Assembly: GCA_965208575.1 (NCBI GenBank)
Contig: CBDBOV010000005.1
Location: 320,001 to 384,000, forward strand
Source of the DNA: Spirochaetia bacterium
GTDB taxonomy: Bacteria; Spirochaetota; Spirochaetia; SZUA-6; Bin103
DNA length: 64,000 nt
Direction of reading: 5' to 3'
Part shown: piece after piece, positions 50,821-60,974 of the stretch
Numbering within the stretch: the first letter of the stretch is position 1
How the letters are laid out: the number at the start of each line of letters is the position of its first letter
The notes under the pieces: model-generated
The model's database searches: none
What the model was told of the DNA's origin: nothing
Seen by the model: the letters and a program-made list of their open reading frames with translations, nothing else
Position numbers and translations under genes: made by a program

Positions 50821-51777
50821 TCATTCGTAGCGAATCCGCGGGTCCAGCGACGCGTACAGCAGGTCGGTCAGCAGGTTGACAAGCACCACCACCGTGGCGA
50901 AGAACAGATTCACCGCCGACACTACCGGGTAGTCGCGGTCGTTGAGGGCGTCCAGCATCAGCCTCCCCAGCCCCGGCAGGTTGAAGATGTTCTCGATGAT
51001 CACCGAGCCGCCCACCAGGATCGGCAACTGCATGCCCACCAGCGTCACCACCGGGATGATCGCGTTCTTGACGGCGTGGCGCAGGATCACCGACCGCTCC
51101 AGCAGACCCTTGGCCCAGGCGGTCCTGACGTAGTCCTGCCGCAGCACCTCCAGCATCATGGTGCGCGTCATGCGCATGGTGCTGGCCGCCAGGTAGGTGC
51201 CGAGGATCAGGCTCGGGATCAGGAACATGCCGAGGTTGCCCAATGGGTCTTCGGAGAACGGAATCAATTCCATCGGCGGCGACCACGTCCACCAGATGGC
51301 CGGGTAGATCATCACCATCGTGCCCAGCCAGAAGTTGGGCGTCGCCAGCCCCATGATGGCGGCCGACCGCCCCAGGTAGTCGGCGGCGGTGTACTGGCGC
51401 ACCGCCGAGTAGATGCCCACCGGCAGGGCGATGACCAGGCCGATGAGGATGGCCATAACACCGAGTTCGAACGTGACCGGCAGTCGTCCCAGCATGCGCT
51501 CCTCGATGCGCCAACCGCCCAGAAGCGACTCGCCGAGCGTGCCGCGCAGGACGATGCCGCCGATCCAGCGGCCGTACTGCACGTGGATCGGGAGGTTCAG
51601 GCCGAGCCGCTGTTCGATGGTCGCGCGGTCGACCTGGCCGCCGACGAATGCCGTGCGACCGGCCATGATGTCGATGACGTCGCCGGGGATGAAGCGGACG
51701 GACAGGAACACCAGCACGCTCAGGATGAACAGGGTGGGGACGACCAGTAGCAGCCGGCGAATGATGTACGCTCTCAT
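50821..51777 (-). CDS. DppB/OppB-like permease
   Basis: MRAYIIRRLL... Confidence 0.95.
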   Translation of the reverse strand: MRAYIIRRLLLVVPTLFILSVLVFLSVRFIPGDVIDIMAGRTAFVGGQVDRATIEQRLGLNLPIHVQYGRWIGGIVLRGTLGESLLGGWRIEERMLGRLPVTFELGVMAILIGLVIALPVGIYSAVRQYTAADYLGRSAAIMGLATPNFWLGTMVMIYPAIWWTWSPPMELIPFSEDPLGNLGMFLIPSLILGTYLAASTMRMTRTMMLEVLRQDYVRTAWAKGLLERSVILRHAVKNAIIPVVTLVGMQLPILVGGSVIIENIFNLPGLGRLMLDALNDRDYPVVSAVNLFFATVVVLVNLLTDLLYASLDPRIRYE

Positions 51778-51941
51778 ATCTTCGTGGCACTAATCAGCCC
51801 GTGGCGAACTCCAGGCTGCATTCGAGCGCCGCGCTCGGTGCGACGCCGGGTTCCACCACGGGCTGCTCTGGCGCCGGGAAGCTCGGGCCTCCCGGCGCCC
51901 TGCTGTGCAAGCAGAACGAGCGCGCCCCAGGGGCGATCGAT

Positions 51942-53771
51942 TCAGAATCCCATTTCTCGCTTCAGATCCTGGTCGATCCAGAGGCGGGCGAGGATGGGAT
52001 GATACGTCAGGTCTCCTAGCGAGTATTCACCGTTATAGCCCTTGACCCACGGATTGTTCGCCTGAAACTGTGGCGCCAGAGGACCCCAAATCTGCATGTG
52101 TTGCTCGAGCACGAACATATTGTACGCTTTCGCTGCCTCGAACTGCTCCTCTTTGGTCGTAGCAGCGTAATAGGCATCGGAGGCCGCGTCCAGCACGGAG
52201 GTGTCGATTGCGCATGGGTCGCTACAGGCCAAGTATTCGCGGGGGAACAGATTGCTATCGCGATGAGTCTGCATGGCCCAGACAGCAGCCGGATGGCCCA
52301 TGTCGCCAGTGGCCATTTCATACGCGGTTTCTGCCTTGGCAGCCACCCAAGTCCCCGTGTCGGCAATACGGGTCGTTATATCAACGCCAATATCAGCCCA
52401 GTACCCGGCGGCGACTTCCGTATAGCCCAAGTCTATGACGTCTCGGTGCAAATACTCTGCCGTGAATCGAATTCCGTCCGCGCCGCGCGGATAGCCTGCC
52501 TCATCCAGGAGCTTCTCGGCACCCTCCGGGTCATACCTGTAGTATTGCTGGAGCTCTTCTGGCCACTCTTCAAATGGGGTGTAGTGCCCCTTGGCGCTAA
52601 TCCACGCAGGGTCTTCCCAGTCTGAAAAACCGCCAAAGTAGGTATCGTCAATCGTCTCCAGATCGAGTGCCATCTGCAGTGCGTGGCGCACCCTGACGTC
52701 GTCAAATGGCGCGTTGCGAATGTTCAGAGTAAAGACCTGAAACGCCCGCTGGTAGTAACTGTACACCTCGATTTCCGGGTTGGTCCTCTGGATGCTCCTT
52801 ATCACGTCCATGTTTCCTATGTCAGCGACCCCTGCGTGTTGTATGATATCAATCTTACCCGTACGCAGTGCCGAGATACGGGTTGCTTCTTCTGCCATGA
52901 GGGGGGCCCTTATCTCGTCAACATAGGGCAAGCGGTTCTCCGGGTATTTCTCGTCGTAGTCCCAGAAGTCAGGATTCCTGGTAAAGGTCTTGGAGACGCC
53001 CTCGACATACTCGGTCAGGATAAGAGGCCCGGTGCCGACCACGTTCTTCCAGTCCTCATAGTTGCCGTAATGCTCGATTACGTCGCGGGGTAGTATCCAA
53101 CTCTGGCTTTCACCGAGGATCGGTTGTAGCGCATCGAGGTATGGCTCAGTGAGCTTCATAACAACCGTATATCTGTCGGTGGCCTCTATCGATTCCCATG
53201 GCAGGTTGAACGTGGGGCCGGCCTGAGCGGGAGGTTCGGTGAAGTCCCCCTGAGCGGTCTGGCGCTGATAGGAATAGACGACATCATCGGCGGTCAGCTC
53301 CCGACCGTTTACCAACCGACTGGCCTCACTGTCCGGATCAAGAGCGTAGTGAACGCCCTGGCGGATGTGAAAGACGTAGGTCACCGGGTCGGGCGTCTCC
53401 CAGCTTTCCGCCAGATTCCCGGTCAGGACGTGGGTAGGAACGAAATTGTCCGTCCAGTCGAATACTTCCCTATCCAGTGCCCAGTCCCCGATGGCGAGCT
53501 TCTCATTGACACCGTCTATGAGCCAGCCCGCTTCGAAGCCAACAGCAAAGGGGTCTACATTGTCGCTTACCCTACCACCCCAGCCGTAGGTCAGTGTCCC
53601 GCCGTACTCCGGCGCGGTCACCATCTTTCCGGTGGCGGGGTCCATCACCATTTCCTTCTCCATGGCGGCTGCCGGCTCCTGTTCGGCGGCCGGGCTTGCC
53701 CACAGGCCGGTCGCGGCCACACCGAAACCGATCAGTACCGCCAGGGTCTTTCGCAAGACTGCGTATTGCAT
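51942..53771 (-). CDS. ABC substrate-binding protein family 5 (SBP6)
   Basis: MQYAVLRK...TGLWASP; AGGAGG RBS; family motifs. Confidence 0.95.
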   Translation of the reverse strand: MQYAVLRKTLAVLIGFGVAATGLWASPAAEQEPAAAMEKEMVMDPATGKMVTAPEYGGTLTYGWGGRVSDNVDPFAVGFEAGWLIDGVNEKLAIGDWALDREVFDWTDNFVPTHVLTGNLAESWETPDPVTYVFHIRQGVHYALDPDSEASRLVNGRELTADDVVYSYQRQTAQGDFTEPPAQAGPTFNLPWESIEATDRYTVVMKLTEPYLDALQPILGESQSWILPRDVIEHYGNYEDWKNVVGTGPLILTEYVEGVSKTFTRNPDFWDYDEKYPENRLPYVDEIRAPLMAEEATRISALRTGKIDIIQHAGVADIGNMDVIRSIQRTNPEIEVYSYYQRAFQVFTLNIRNAPFDDVRVRHALQMALDLETIDDTYFGGFSDWEDPAWISAKGHYTPFEEWPEELQQYYRYDPEGAEKLLDEAGYPRGADGIRFTAEYLHRDVIDLGYTEVAAGYWADIGVDITTRIADTGTWVAAKAETAYEMATGDMGHPAAVWAMQTHRDSNLFPREYLACSDPCAIDTSVLDAASDAYYAATTKEEQFEAAKAYNMFVLEQHMQIWGPLAPQFQANNPWVKGYNGEYSLGDLTYHPILARLWIDQDLKREMGF

Positions 53772-54263
53772 CTTTGCCTCCTGCAATTCGAGAGTGCCGG
53801 TCTCACTGTGCATCCGTCGCCCACTCTCGACGCGCACCGGCAATCTCCGGTGCCCGGAAAGCGACGGCGACAGCCCCGAGCTACATCGACATCCGGCACC
53901 TCCTTGAACGCGCGCGCGGACCTGAGCCCGGAGCACCGCGTGAGGCGGTGTGCTGCGGCGTAGCGAAAGTCAGGGACCGGCAACGTCGGCGGTGCGGTGT
54001 GCAGGCGGTCGGAGGAGCGGCGGTGCGGCCGAAGCGGCGCGCGGGGCGATCAGCCGGAGCGACTATTGCTTGTGATTCAGGTATTTGCCGGGGGGGGGTA
54101 GGACACACCGGGTCCCGTTAACCGGTGGCGTCCTCAAGTGCCTGTGGTATTGCATCGTCCACATAAGCCTGTTCTCCGACAGAGGGGCATCATAAGCCAC
54201 GCGCAACGGGCTGTCAAATCGCGCGGAGCACGACCCTGCGGCACTGCTCAATCCGCGAAGATC
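53772..54263 (-). promoter_or_regulatory. Conserved leader type B (copy 1): promoter, uORF, structured RNA
   Basis: TTGACA(54217-54212)-N17-TATGAT(54194-54189); highly similar to 58843-59343 and 62764-63222. Confidence 0.8.
54063..54164 (-). CDS. Putative leader peptide of SBP6
   Basis: MWTMQYHRHLRTPPVNGTRCVLPPPGKYLNHKQ*; frame conserved in three copies. Confidence 0.55.
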   Translation of the reverse strand: MWTMQYHRHLRTPPVNGTRCVLPPPGKYLNHKQ

Positions 54264-54510
54264 TCGTGAAACGGAGTTTGGTACGGGAGGAGTATTCCGG
54301 TGGTAACGCTCGTCGTGCAAGGACACTACTCGGTCGTCCGATCCGTTCGCGTCCGTCTGCCCGTTGCCAACTCGCGACCCGTTCGAGTCCCAACCTCGAT
54401 GCCCGTGCACACGCGCGGCGGGCGGTCAAGCGCCTTCAGCACGCGTTCTCTCTTGACCTCTTGACCGCGCCATCTGCCCTCTGTTCGATGCAACATGCTA
54501 CACTGCAGCC

Positions 54511-54765
54511 ATGATCAGCCGTGGCATTCGCGCCTATATGGCTCGCGAGTGGCGAACGGCGCGTGCTGCCAAGGACGCGTATTGGGCCGAGCGCATCGCC
54601 CGTTGCGGACCGCTGGAAGGACTGCGCATCGCCGACGAGTTGCGCAGGCAAGCACTGCTGCACAACCCGGAATGGCCGGATGCCGCCGCCCGGAAGCAGG
54701 ACCTCCTCGCTCACATACGCTTGGCCGAGTTGTTCACCCGTGCCGATTCCACCCGCCGCAGTTGA
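54511..54765 (+). CDS. Small hypothetical protein, probable antitoxin-like partner
   Basis: 84 aa, overlaps the downstream nucleotidyltransferase. Confidence 0.65.
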   Translation: MISRGIRAYMAREWRTARAAKDAYWAERIARCGPLEGLRIADELRRQALLHNPEWPDAAARKQDLLAHIRLAELFTRADSTRRS

Positions 54766-55330
54766 ACTGCTGACCGCACTGGCAAAGGTGCTCGCTGGCC
54801 GCGGGAGCTGGTACGTGTTCGGCGCCCAGGCAGTGATCGCGTACGGCGTGCCCCGTTTGAGCGCCGACGTCGACGTCACCGTCAGGCTGGAACCTGACGA
54901 TCCACAGCGGTTCGCATCCGCGATGCAGGCGGCGGGGTTCGTCTTGCGTGTCGAGGATCCGGAGTTCATCCGCCGGACTCGGGTGATGCCGTTCGTGCAC
55001 GCCGCCACCGGCATGCCGCTGGACATCGTGCTGGCAGGATCCGGACTGGAGGACGAATTCCTCCAGCGCACCCGGACGGTGGACCTCGGCGGCACGGCTG
55101 TCCCGTTGATCGCTCTCCAGGACCTCATCATTGCCAAGCTTCTCGCCAGCCGCCCCCAGGATCTCGCCGACGCGCAGAGCCTGTGGCGCATCCACGGGCA
55201 CAGCCTCGACGTACACTCGATTCGTCGGACACTGCGCTTGCTCGAAGAGGCGCTGGATCAAAGCGACCTGCTGCCGAGCTTCGACTCGATTCGCAGGACG
55301 GCCCGTGACGGGGAGCAATCGCCCCTGTAG
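54740..55330 (+). CDS. Nucleotidyltransferase (DUF6036-like)
   Basis: WYVFGAQAV..YG.PR.SADVD, DLIIAK...RPQDLAD. Confidence 0.82.
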   Translation: MPIPPAAVELLTALAKVLAGRGSWYVFGAQAVIAYGVPRLSADVDVTVRLEPDDPQRFASAMQAAGFVLRVEDPEFIRRTRVMPFVHAATGMPLDIVLAGSGLEDEFLQRTRTVDLGGTAVPLIALQDLIIAKLLASRPQDLADAQSLWRIHGHSLDVHSIRRTLRLLEEALDQSDLLPSFDSIRRTARDGEQSPL

Positions 55331-55384
55331 TGAGCAGCAACAGCAGCCCCGGGAACGCCATCAAGGCGTCCACGAAGCGCTGCG

Positions 55385-55669
55385 TCACCGGATCCAGCCG
55401 GCGAGGTCGCCTTCCACCAGCGACTCGATCAGCTTGCCCCACTGCCCGTTGAACAGCTCGTCCAGCTTGTACATGCGCCGGTCGGCTGCGCGTGTCTGCC
55501 GCGTGATCAGTTCATCGGTCGCCTGCAACCGCCGGTCGGTCTCCTGCATTTGGCGGTCGGTCGCCTGCATGCGCCGCTCAGCCTCCTGCTGCGCTGCGGA
55601 GATCTCCCGGAGAATCTCCCAGATCTCCTGCGGGGTCGCGGGTTCGCTGTGTCCGTTGCGGTCGGTCAT
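55385..55669 (-). pseudogene. Truncated coiled-coil protein (DUF3782/PD-(D/E)XK-associated N-terminus)
   Basis: ETDRR-type heptads then GQWGKLIESLVEGDL, after which it runs into permease-derived sequence. Confidence 0.65.
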
Positions 55670-55759
55670 CGGTACGCTCGCTCATCCCATTGTGGAGCAG
55701 ACCGACCGTTCCGGTAAAGCCGCCGGAGCAATCAAGCAATCAATCGAGAGTCGACTCCT

Positions 55760-55865
55760 CTACTTCTCGGCCGGCGCCTGCGCGGCCGAGGCGGCCGCGC
55801 AGGCGGGCGTCCAGCAGGTCGCGCACCGCGTCGCCGACCGGCGTCCGCGGTGATACGTCACCCAC
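55760..55865 (-). pseudogene. Internally deleted DppC-like permease
   Basis: 5' start (GTGGGTGACGTATCA) fused at ~55837 to the 3' end GDAVRDLLDARLRGRLGR; compare 49867-50811. Confidence 0.85.
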
Positions 55866-55874
55866 GAGCGCACC

Positions 55875-56831
55875 TCATTCGTAGCGGATGCGCGGGTCCA
55901 GCGACGCGTACAGCAGGTCGGTCAGCAGGTTGACCAACACCACCACCATGGCGAAGAACAGATTCACCGCCGATACCACCGGGTAGTCGCGGTCGCCCAG
56001 CGCGTCCAGCATCAGCCGCCCCAGCCCCGGCAGGTTGAAGATGTTCTCGATGATCACCGAGCCGCCCACCAGGATCGGCAGCTGCATGCCCACCAGCGTC
56101 ACCACCGGGATGATGGCGTTCTTCACCGCGTGGCGCAGGATCACCGACCGCTCCAGCAGACCCTTGGCCCAGGCCGTGCGAATGTAGTCCTGGCGCAGCA
56201 CCTCCAGCATCATGGTGCGCGTCATGCGCATGGTGCTGGCCGACAGGTAGGTCCCGAGGATCAGGCTGGGGATGAGGAACATGCGGAGATTGCCCAGTGG
56301 GTCCTGGGCGAACGGCACCAGTTCCATCGGTGGCGACCAGGTCCACCAGATGGCGGGGTAGATCATCACCATGGTTCCCAGCCAGAAGTTGGGCGTCGCC
56401 AGCCCCATGATGGCCACCGACCGTCCCACGTAGTCGGCGACGGTGTACTGGCGCACCGCCGAGTAGATGCCTACCGGCAGGGCGATGACCAGGCCGATGA
56501 GAATGGCCAGCAGCCCGAGCTCGGCGGTGACCGGCAGTCGTACCAGCATGCGCTCCTCGATGCGCCAACCGCCAAGCAGCGACTCGCCGAGGGTGCCGCG
56601 CAGCAAAATATCTCCGATCCAGCGTCCATACTGCACGTAGACAGGCACGTCTAATCCCAGCATGCGCTCAAGAGCTTCACGGTCAACTTCGCCGCCGACA
56701 GATAACATACGACCGGCCATGATGCCGATGACGTCGCCTGGGAGGAAGCGGACCGACAGGAACACCAACACGCTCAGAATGAACAACGTGGGGATGACCA
56801 GCAGCAGCCGCCGGATGATGTAGGCTCTCAT
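55875..56831 (-). CDS. DppB/OppB-like permease
   Basis: Close paralogue of 50821-51777. Confidence 0.95.
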   Translation of the reverse strand: MRAYIIRRLLLVIPTLFILSVLVFLSVRFLPGDVIGIMAGRMLSVGGEVDREALERMLGLDVPVYVQYGRWIGDILLRGTLGESLLGGWRIEERMLVRLPVTAELGLLAILIGLVIALPVGIYSAVRQYTVADYVGRSVAIMGLATPNFWLGTMVMIYPAIWWTWSPPMELVPFAQDPLGNLRMFLIPSLILGTYLSASTMRMTRTMMLEVLRQDYIRTAWAKGLLERSVILRHAVKNAIIPVVTLVGMQLPILVGGSVIIENIFNLPGLGRLMLDALGDRDYPVVSAVNLFFAMVVVLVNLLTDLLYASLDPRIRYE

Positions 56832-57003
56832 ATCCTCGTGGCAAACAAAATGGGCGCCGGGAAGCTCAAGGCTCCCGGCGCCATTCTCTGCAGGTAGAAC
56901 AAGTGCGAAACGCTCGCGGACCCCGCTGACAGCTAGGCGTGGTCCCGGCTCGTGGAATCGCGCAGCGACTCCCGTTTCACTCGCCCAAGGGCGATTGACT
57001 TGC

Positions 57004-58842
57004 TCAGAATCCCATTTCTTCCTTTAGATCTTGGTCAATCCAAAGGTGGATGAGGACGCTCTTTGTTCCCGCATCCAGCACGTCCATTTCGCCGTTCCAG
57101 CCTTTCACCCACGGCTGGGCCAGCTGATAAAACGGAGCCATGGGAGGCCAAATCTGATTGTGCTGCTTTATCCCGAGCATATCAAACTCTTTGAATGCCC
57201 TCTGCTGCTCCTCAAGGGTGGTAGCGGCGAAAAAGGCTTCATAGGCGGCGGTCATCTCAGCGGTCTCGACATACCCGCCGATGTAATCGCGGCTAAATGG
57301 GCTCTCATCGCGATACCAGGCCATCAACTTTGAAGGGGCGAGATTAAAGCCCATGTCGCCAGTGGACATCTCATAGACAAGCTCTCCTGTATCACTGAAC
57401 GCCGAATGGCCCCTCCGACCGGCCCACGTAGCCGTGTCAACTATATTGATCGTTACATCAACGCCAATCGCAGCCCAGTAGCTTATGGCCACCTCTGGCC
57501 AGCCAATATCCCAGACATCGCGGTGGTCATAGGTGACCTTGAATCGAACGCCTTCCGCGCCGCGCGGATATCCAGCCTCATCGAGGAGCTTCTCGGCACC
57601 TTCCGGGTCATAGCGCCAGTATTGCTTGACCTCCTCGGGCCACTCTTCAAATGGGCTTCTATACTCCGGGAAGGCAAACCCTATCATCCCCATGGGTTCA
57701 GGCCTTGCGAAACCGCCAAAGAAGGTATCGTTAATCGTCTCGAGGTCCAGTGCCATCTGCATAGCGTGGCGTACCCTGACGTCGTCAAAAGGCGGCTTGT
57801 ACATGTTCAGTATGAAAGCACCACTCCCCCGCAGAAAATAGGGGCCCACCTGGATGTCGGGGTTGGTATTCTGGAGGCTCCTCAAAACGTCGCGGGATGT
57901 TATGGCAGCGCCGCCGCCGCCGGCGAAATGTATCATATCAACCTTACCCGTGCGTAGCGCCGCGATACGTGTTGCTTCTTCTTCCATATGCAGGCCCCGC
58001 AGCTTGTCAATATAGGGCAAGCGGTTCTCCGGGTATTTTGGGTCGTGGCCCCAGTAGTCAGGATTCTTGTCCCAGGTAGTCGAGACGCCTTCGACATAGT
58101 CAGTCAGCATAATGGGTCCGGTGCCGACCACGTTTCTCCAGTCCTTATAGTGGCCGTATTGCTCAATTACCTCGGGGGGCAGTATCCAACCCTGTTGGTC
58201 GGCGTGGATCGCCGTCAGCGCAGTGAGGTATGGTTCGGTCAGCTTGAATACAACCGTATATTTGTCGCTGGCCTCTATCGATTGCCATGGCAGGTTGATC
58301 AACTCGTAAGTCTGGAGGGGACGTTCGGTGAAGTCGCCTAGAACTACATTACGCTGAAAGGTATACACGACATCATCGGCAGTTAGCTCTCGACCATTCA
58401 TCGGTGGCTTATCATGCCAGTGAACGCCCTGGCGGATTTTGAAGATAATAGTTAGTGGGTCGGGCTGCTCCCAGCTTTCCGCCAGCCACCCTCTAGTTGC
58501 AGCTTCAATAAAGGTGAATGAGGTGGAAAAGTCCCATACGTCCCTATCTATTGCCCAGTCCCCCCAGGCGAGCTTCTCATTAACGGTACCGATCAGGTAT
58601 TCAACAGGGTGGCCAGTAATAAAGGGGTCACTAGTGTCGCTCACTGCTTTGTAGGGATAGGTTAGTGTTCCGCCATACTCCGGCGCGGTCACCACCTTGC
58701 CGGTGGCAGGGTCCATCACCATTTCCTTGTCCATGGCGGCGGCGGGCTCCTCTTCCCCGGCCGGGCTTGCCCACAGGCCGGTCGCGGCCAGACCGAGACC
58801 GATCAGTACCGCCAGTATCCTTCGCAAGATTGCATATTGCAT
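57004..58842 (-). CDS. ABC substrate-binding protein family 5 (SBP7)
   Basis: MQYAILRR...TGLWASP; family motifs. Confidence 0.95.
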   Translation of the reverse strand: MQYAILRRILAVLIGLGLAATGLWASPAGEEEPAAAMDKEMVMDPATGKVVTAPEYGGTLTYPYKAVSDTSDPFITGHPVEYLIGTVNEKLAWGDWAIDRDVWDFSTSFTFIEAATRGWLAESWEQPDPLTIIFKIRQGVHWHDKPPMNGRELTADDVVYTFQRNVVLGDFTERPLQTYELINLPWQSIEASDKYTVVFKLTEPYLTALTAIHADQQGWILPPEVIEQYGHYKDWRNVVGTGPIMLTDYVEGVSTTWDKNPDYWGHDPKYPENRLPYIDKLRGLHMEEEATRIAALRTGKVDMIHFAGGGGAAITSRDVLRSLQNTNPDIQVGPYFLRGSGAFILNMYKPPFDDVRVRHAMQMALDLETINDTFFGGFARPEPMGMIGFAFPEYRSPFEEWPEEVKQYWRYDPEGAEKLLDEAGYPRGAEGVRFKVTYDHRDVWDIGWPEVAISYWAAIGVDVTINIVDTATWAGRRGHSAFSDTGELVYEMSTGDMGFNLAPSKLMAWYRDESPFSRDYIGGYVETAEMTAAYEAFFAATTLEEQQRAFKEFDMLGIKQHNQIWPPMAPFYQLAQPWVKGWNGEMDVLDAGTKSVLIHLWIDQDLKEEMGF

Positions 58843-59343
58843 CTTTGCCTCCTGCAATCCGAGAGTGCTGGTCTCACTGTGCATCCGTCGCCCACTCTCG
58901 AGGCGCACCGGCAATCTCCGGTGCCCGGAAAGCGACGGCGACAGCCCCGAGCTACATCGAAATCCGGCACCTCCTTGATCGCGCGCGCGGACCTGAGCCC
59001 GGAGCACCGCATGAGGCGGTGTGCTGCGGCGTAGCGAAAGTCAGGGACCGGCAACGCCGGCGGTGCGGTGTGCAGGTGGTAAGAGGAACGGTGCAGGCGA
59101 AGCGGCGCGCGGGGCTATCGGCCGGAGCGATTATTGCTTGTGATTCAAGTATTTGCCGGAGGGGGGGTAGGACACACCAATCCCGTCAACCGGTGGCGTC
59201 CTCAAGTGCTTCTGGTAGTGCATCGTCCACATAAGCCTTTTCGCCGACAGGAGGGCCAAGTCTATTCCACGCGCAACGAGCTGTCAAATCGCGCGGAGCA
59301 CGACGAGCACGACCCTGCCGCGCTGCTCAATCCGCGAAGATCT
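58843..59343 (-). promoter_or_regulatory. Conserved leader type B (copy 2)
   Basis: TTGACA(59287-59282)-N17-TAGACT(59264-59259). Confidence 0.8.
59131..59232 (-). CDS. Putative leader peptide of SBP7
   Basis: MWTMHYQKHLRTPPVDGIGVSYPPSGKYLNHKQ*. Confidence 0.55.
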   Translation of the reverse strand: MWTMHYQKHLRTPPVDGIGVSYPPSGKYLNHKQ

Positions 59344-59495
59344 TGTTGGTGTCGAGGTTCAGTCCCGCCAACAGCGGCGATGTCGGGCGCTGCCCTTCCG
59401 GGTAGCGCTGCACCGGCTCGAAGTCATGCTGGGCGAGCGCCAGCACCTCGATGGTGCGAGCTTCGGCTACCACCCAGTACTCGGCCACGCCGTCT
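59327..59495 (-). pseudogene. C-terminal fragment of Uma2 (DUF820) endonuclease
   Basis: GVAEYWVV...RTIEVLAL...SPLLAGLNLD..KIF. Confidence 0.8.
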
Positions 59496-59514
59496 TGCTT
59501 TCCCGGTGCAATCA

Positions 59515-59557
59515 GACATATTGTTACCACTTATAAATCAAGTGGAGACAATTTGTC
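59515..59557. promoter_or_regulatory. Inverted-repeat operator upstream of AbiEi
   Basis: GACATATTGTTACCACTT-N7-AAGTGGAGACAATTTGTC (15/18 match). Confidence 0.7.
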
Positions 59558-59568
59558 TGAGCCGGACC

Positions 59569-60162
59569 ATGCAAGAACGACCTGAAGAGATCTTCCGCCG
59601 GCACGGCGGCCAGCTCCGCATGAGCGAAGCCCTGGCGCACGGGATGACGCGCTACACCCTCTATGCGCTGAGGGACCGGGGCGTTGTCGAGCTGGTGAGC
59701 CGGGGCATCTACCGGCTGGTGGAACTGCCTCCCATTGGCAACCCGGACCTGGTCACGGTGAGCCTACGCTTCCCGAACGCCGTGATCTGTCTCGTCTCCG
59801 CGCTGGCCTTTCACGACATCACGACCCAGATCCCCCATGAGGTCTCCGTGGCGGTGCCACGGGCATCGCGTGTGCCGTCGCTGGACTATCCGCCCGTCCG
59901 GGCGTACCGATTCTCCGCGGAAACCTACCGACCCGGCATCGAAGCCCATCGCATCGATGGCGCGACGGTAAAGGTCTACAACAGCGGGAAGACCCTGGTC
60001 GACTGCTTCAAGTTCCGCAACAAGATCGGCATGGACGTGGTGCTGGAGGCGCTCAAACTCCACAAGGAACGAAACGGCTTCGATGTTCGGGTACTGCTTG
60101 GCTACGCCAAGGTCTGCCGGATGGAGAAGGTGATGCGGCCCTATCTGGAGGCCACCGTATGA
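59569..60162 (+). CDS. Type IV TA antitoxin AbiEi family
   Basis: RGIYRL, ICLVSALAFHDITTQIP, KTLVDCFKFRNKIG. Confidence 0.92.
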   Translation: MQERPEEIFRRHGGQLRMSEALAHGMTRYTLYALRDRGVVELVSRGIYRLVELPPIGNPDLVTVSLRFPNAVICLVSALAFHDITTQIPHEVSVAVPRASRVPSLDYPPVRAYRFSAETYRPGIEAHRIDGATVKVYNSGKTLVDCFKFRNKIGMDVVLEALKLHKERNGFDVRVLLGYAKVCRMEKVMRPYLEATV

Positions 60163-60678
60163 CGGCACTCCGCAACGTACCCGCGTCGGTGCGGCAACGA
60201 CGTCGGGTACGGCGACGTGGTATATCCCGCACCCGAGGCGGCGGACCTTCCGACCATGCTGGACTTCCCGGCGCCGCGGCTGCTCTGCTACAGCCGCGAA
60301 TCCTGCATTGCGGAAAAGCTCGAAGCCGCGGTCAAGCTCGGCATGCTGAACAGCCGGATGAAGGACTTCTACGACATCTGGCTGCTGTCCCGTCAGTTCG
60401 ACTTCGATGGGTCCGAGTTGGCCGCGGGCATTCGGCGCACTTTCGAGCGTCGGGGAACGGCGCTTCCCGTGGCAATCGAGGCATTCACCCAGCCCTTCAT
60501 CGATTCCAAGCAGATTCGATGGATGGCGTTCCGGAACAGGCTCCAGTAGGATCATGTCCCCGCCTCGTTCACCGACATTGTGGCCGCGATGGCCGGCTTC
60601 CTGTCGCCCATCGTCGCGGCCGTTTCCTCCCGCCAACCCGTTCCGAACCACTGGACCGCACCCGGCCCGTGGACCTGA
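60159..60678 (+). pseudogene. AbiEii nucleotidyltransferase toxin, deleted and interrupted
   Basis: Start NVPASVRQR jumps out of frame to DVGYGDVV..AEKLEA..NSRMKDFYD; premature TAG at 60547; residual frame ends at 60678. Confidence 0.85.
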
Positions 60679-60974
60679 GTGTCCGGTGTCTGCGCGCCCT
60701 CCTGGCGGGCGGTGAGGCGTACCCGGATGCGACCCGCTGGCTCGTCACGCTTGACTTCCGCGCCGCGGCGCCTGCCGGACACCGTGAAACTGGGCGGCCG
60801 CGCCCAGTTGGCTGCTCGAAGACTGGTGATCCTGACCCGGGCGGCGCCGTAGCGGCCGAGGCGGCCGCGCAGGCGCCGCAGGCGGGGGTCCACCAAGCCG
60901 AGCGCCGCTGCAATGCAAGTCGGCGCAGGCGCGCCAGGCGCGCCTGCAATGGAACCCGCCCCTGGGCGGTTTCC

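Noticed and set aside
53772-59007. N-terminal extensions of SBP6 and SBP7 (MLRAQVRAR...) given by the ORF track
   Set aside because: Signal peptide and AGGAGG support the MQYA start; the extension is out of frame in the SBP8 copy
59134-59568. Long N-terminal extensions of AbiEi, and of the Xre antitoxin at 63046
   Set aside because: They run antisense through the leader repeat and Uma2 remnant; downstream ATGs fit the family lengths
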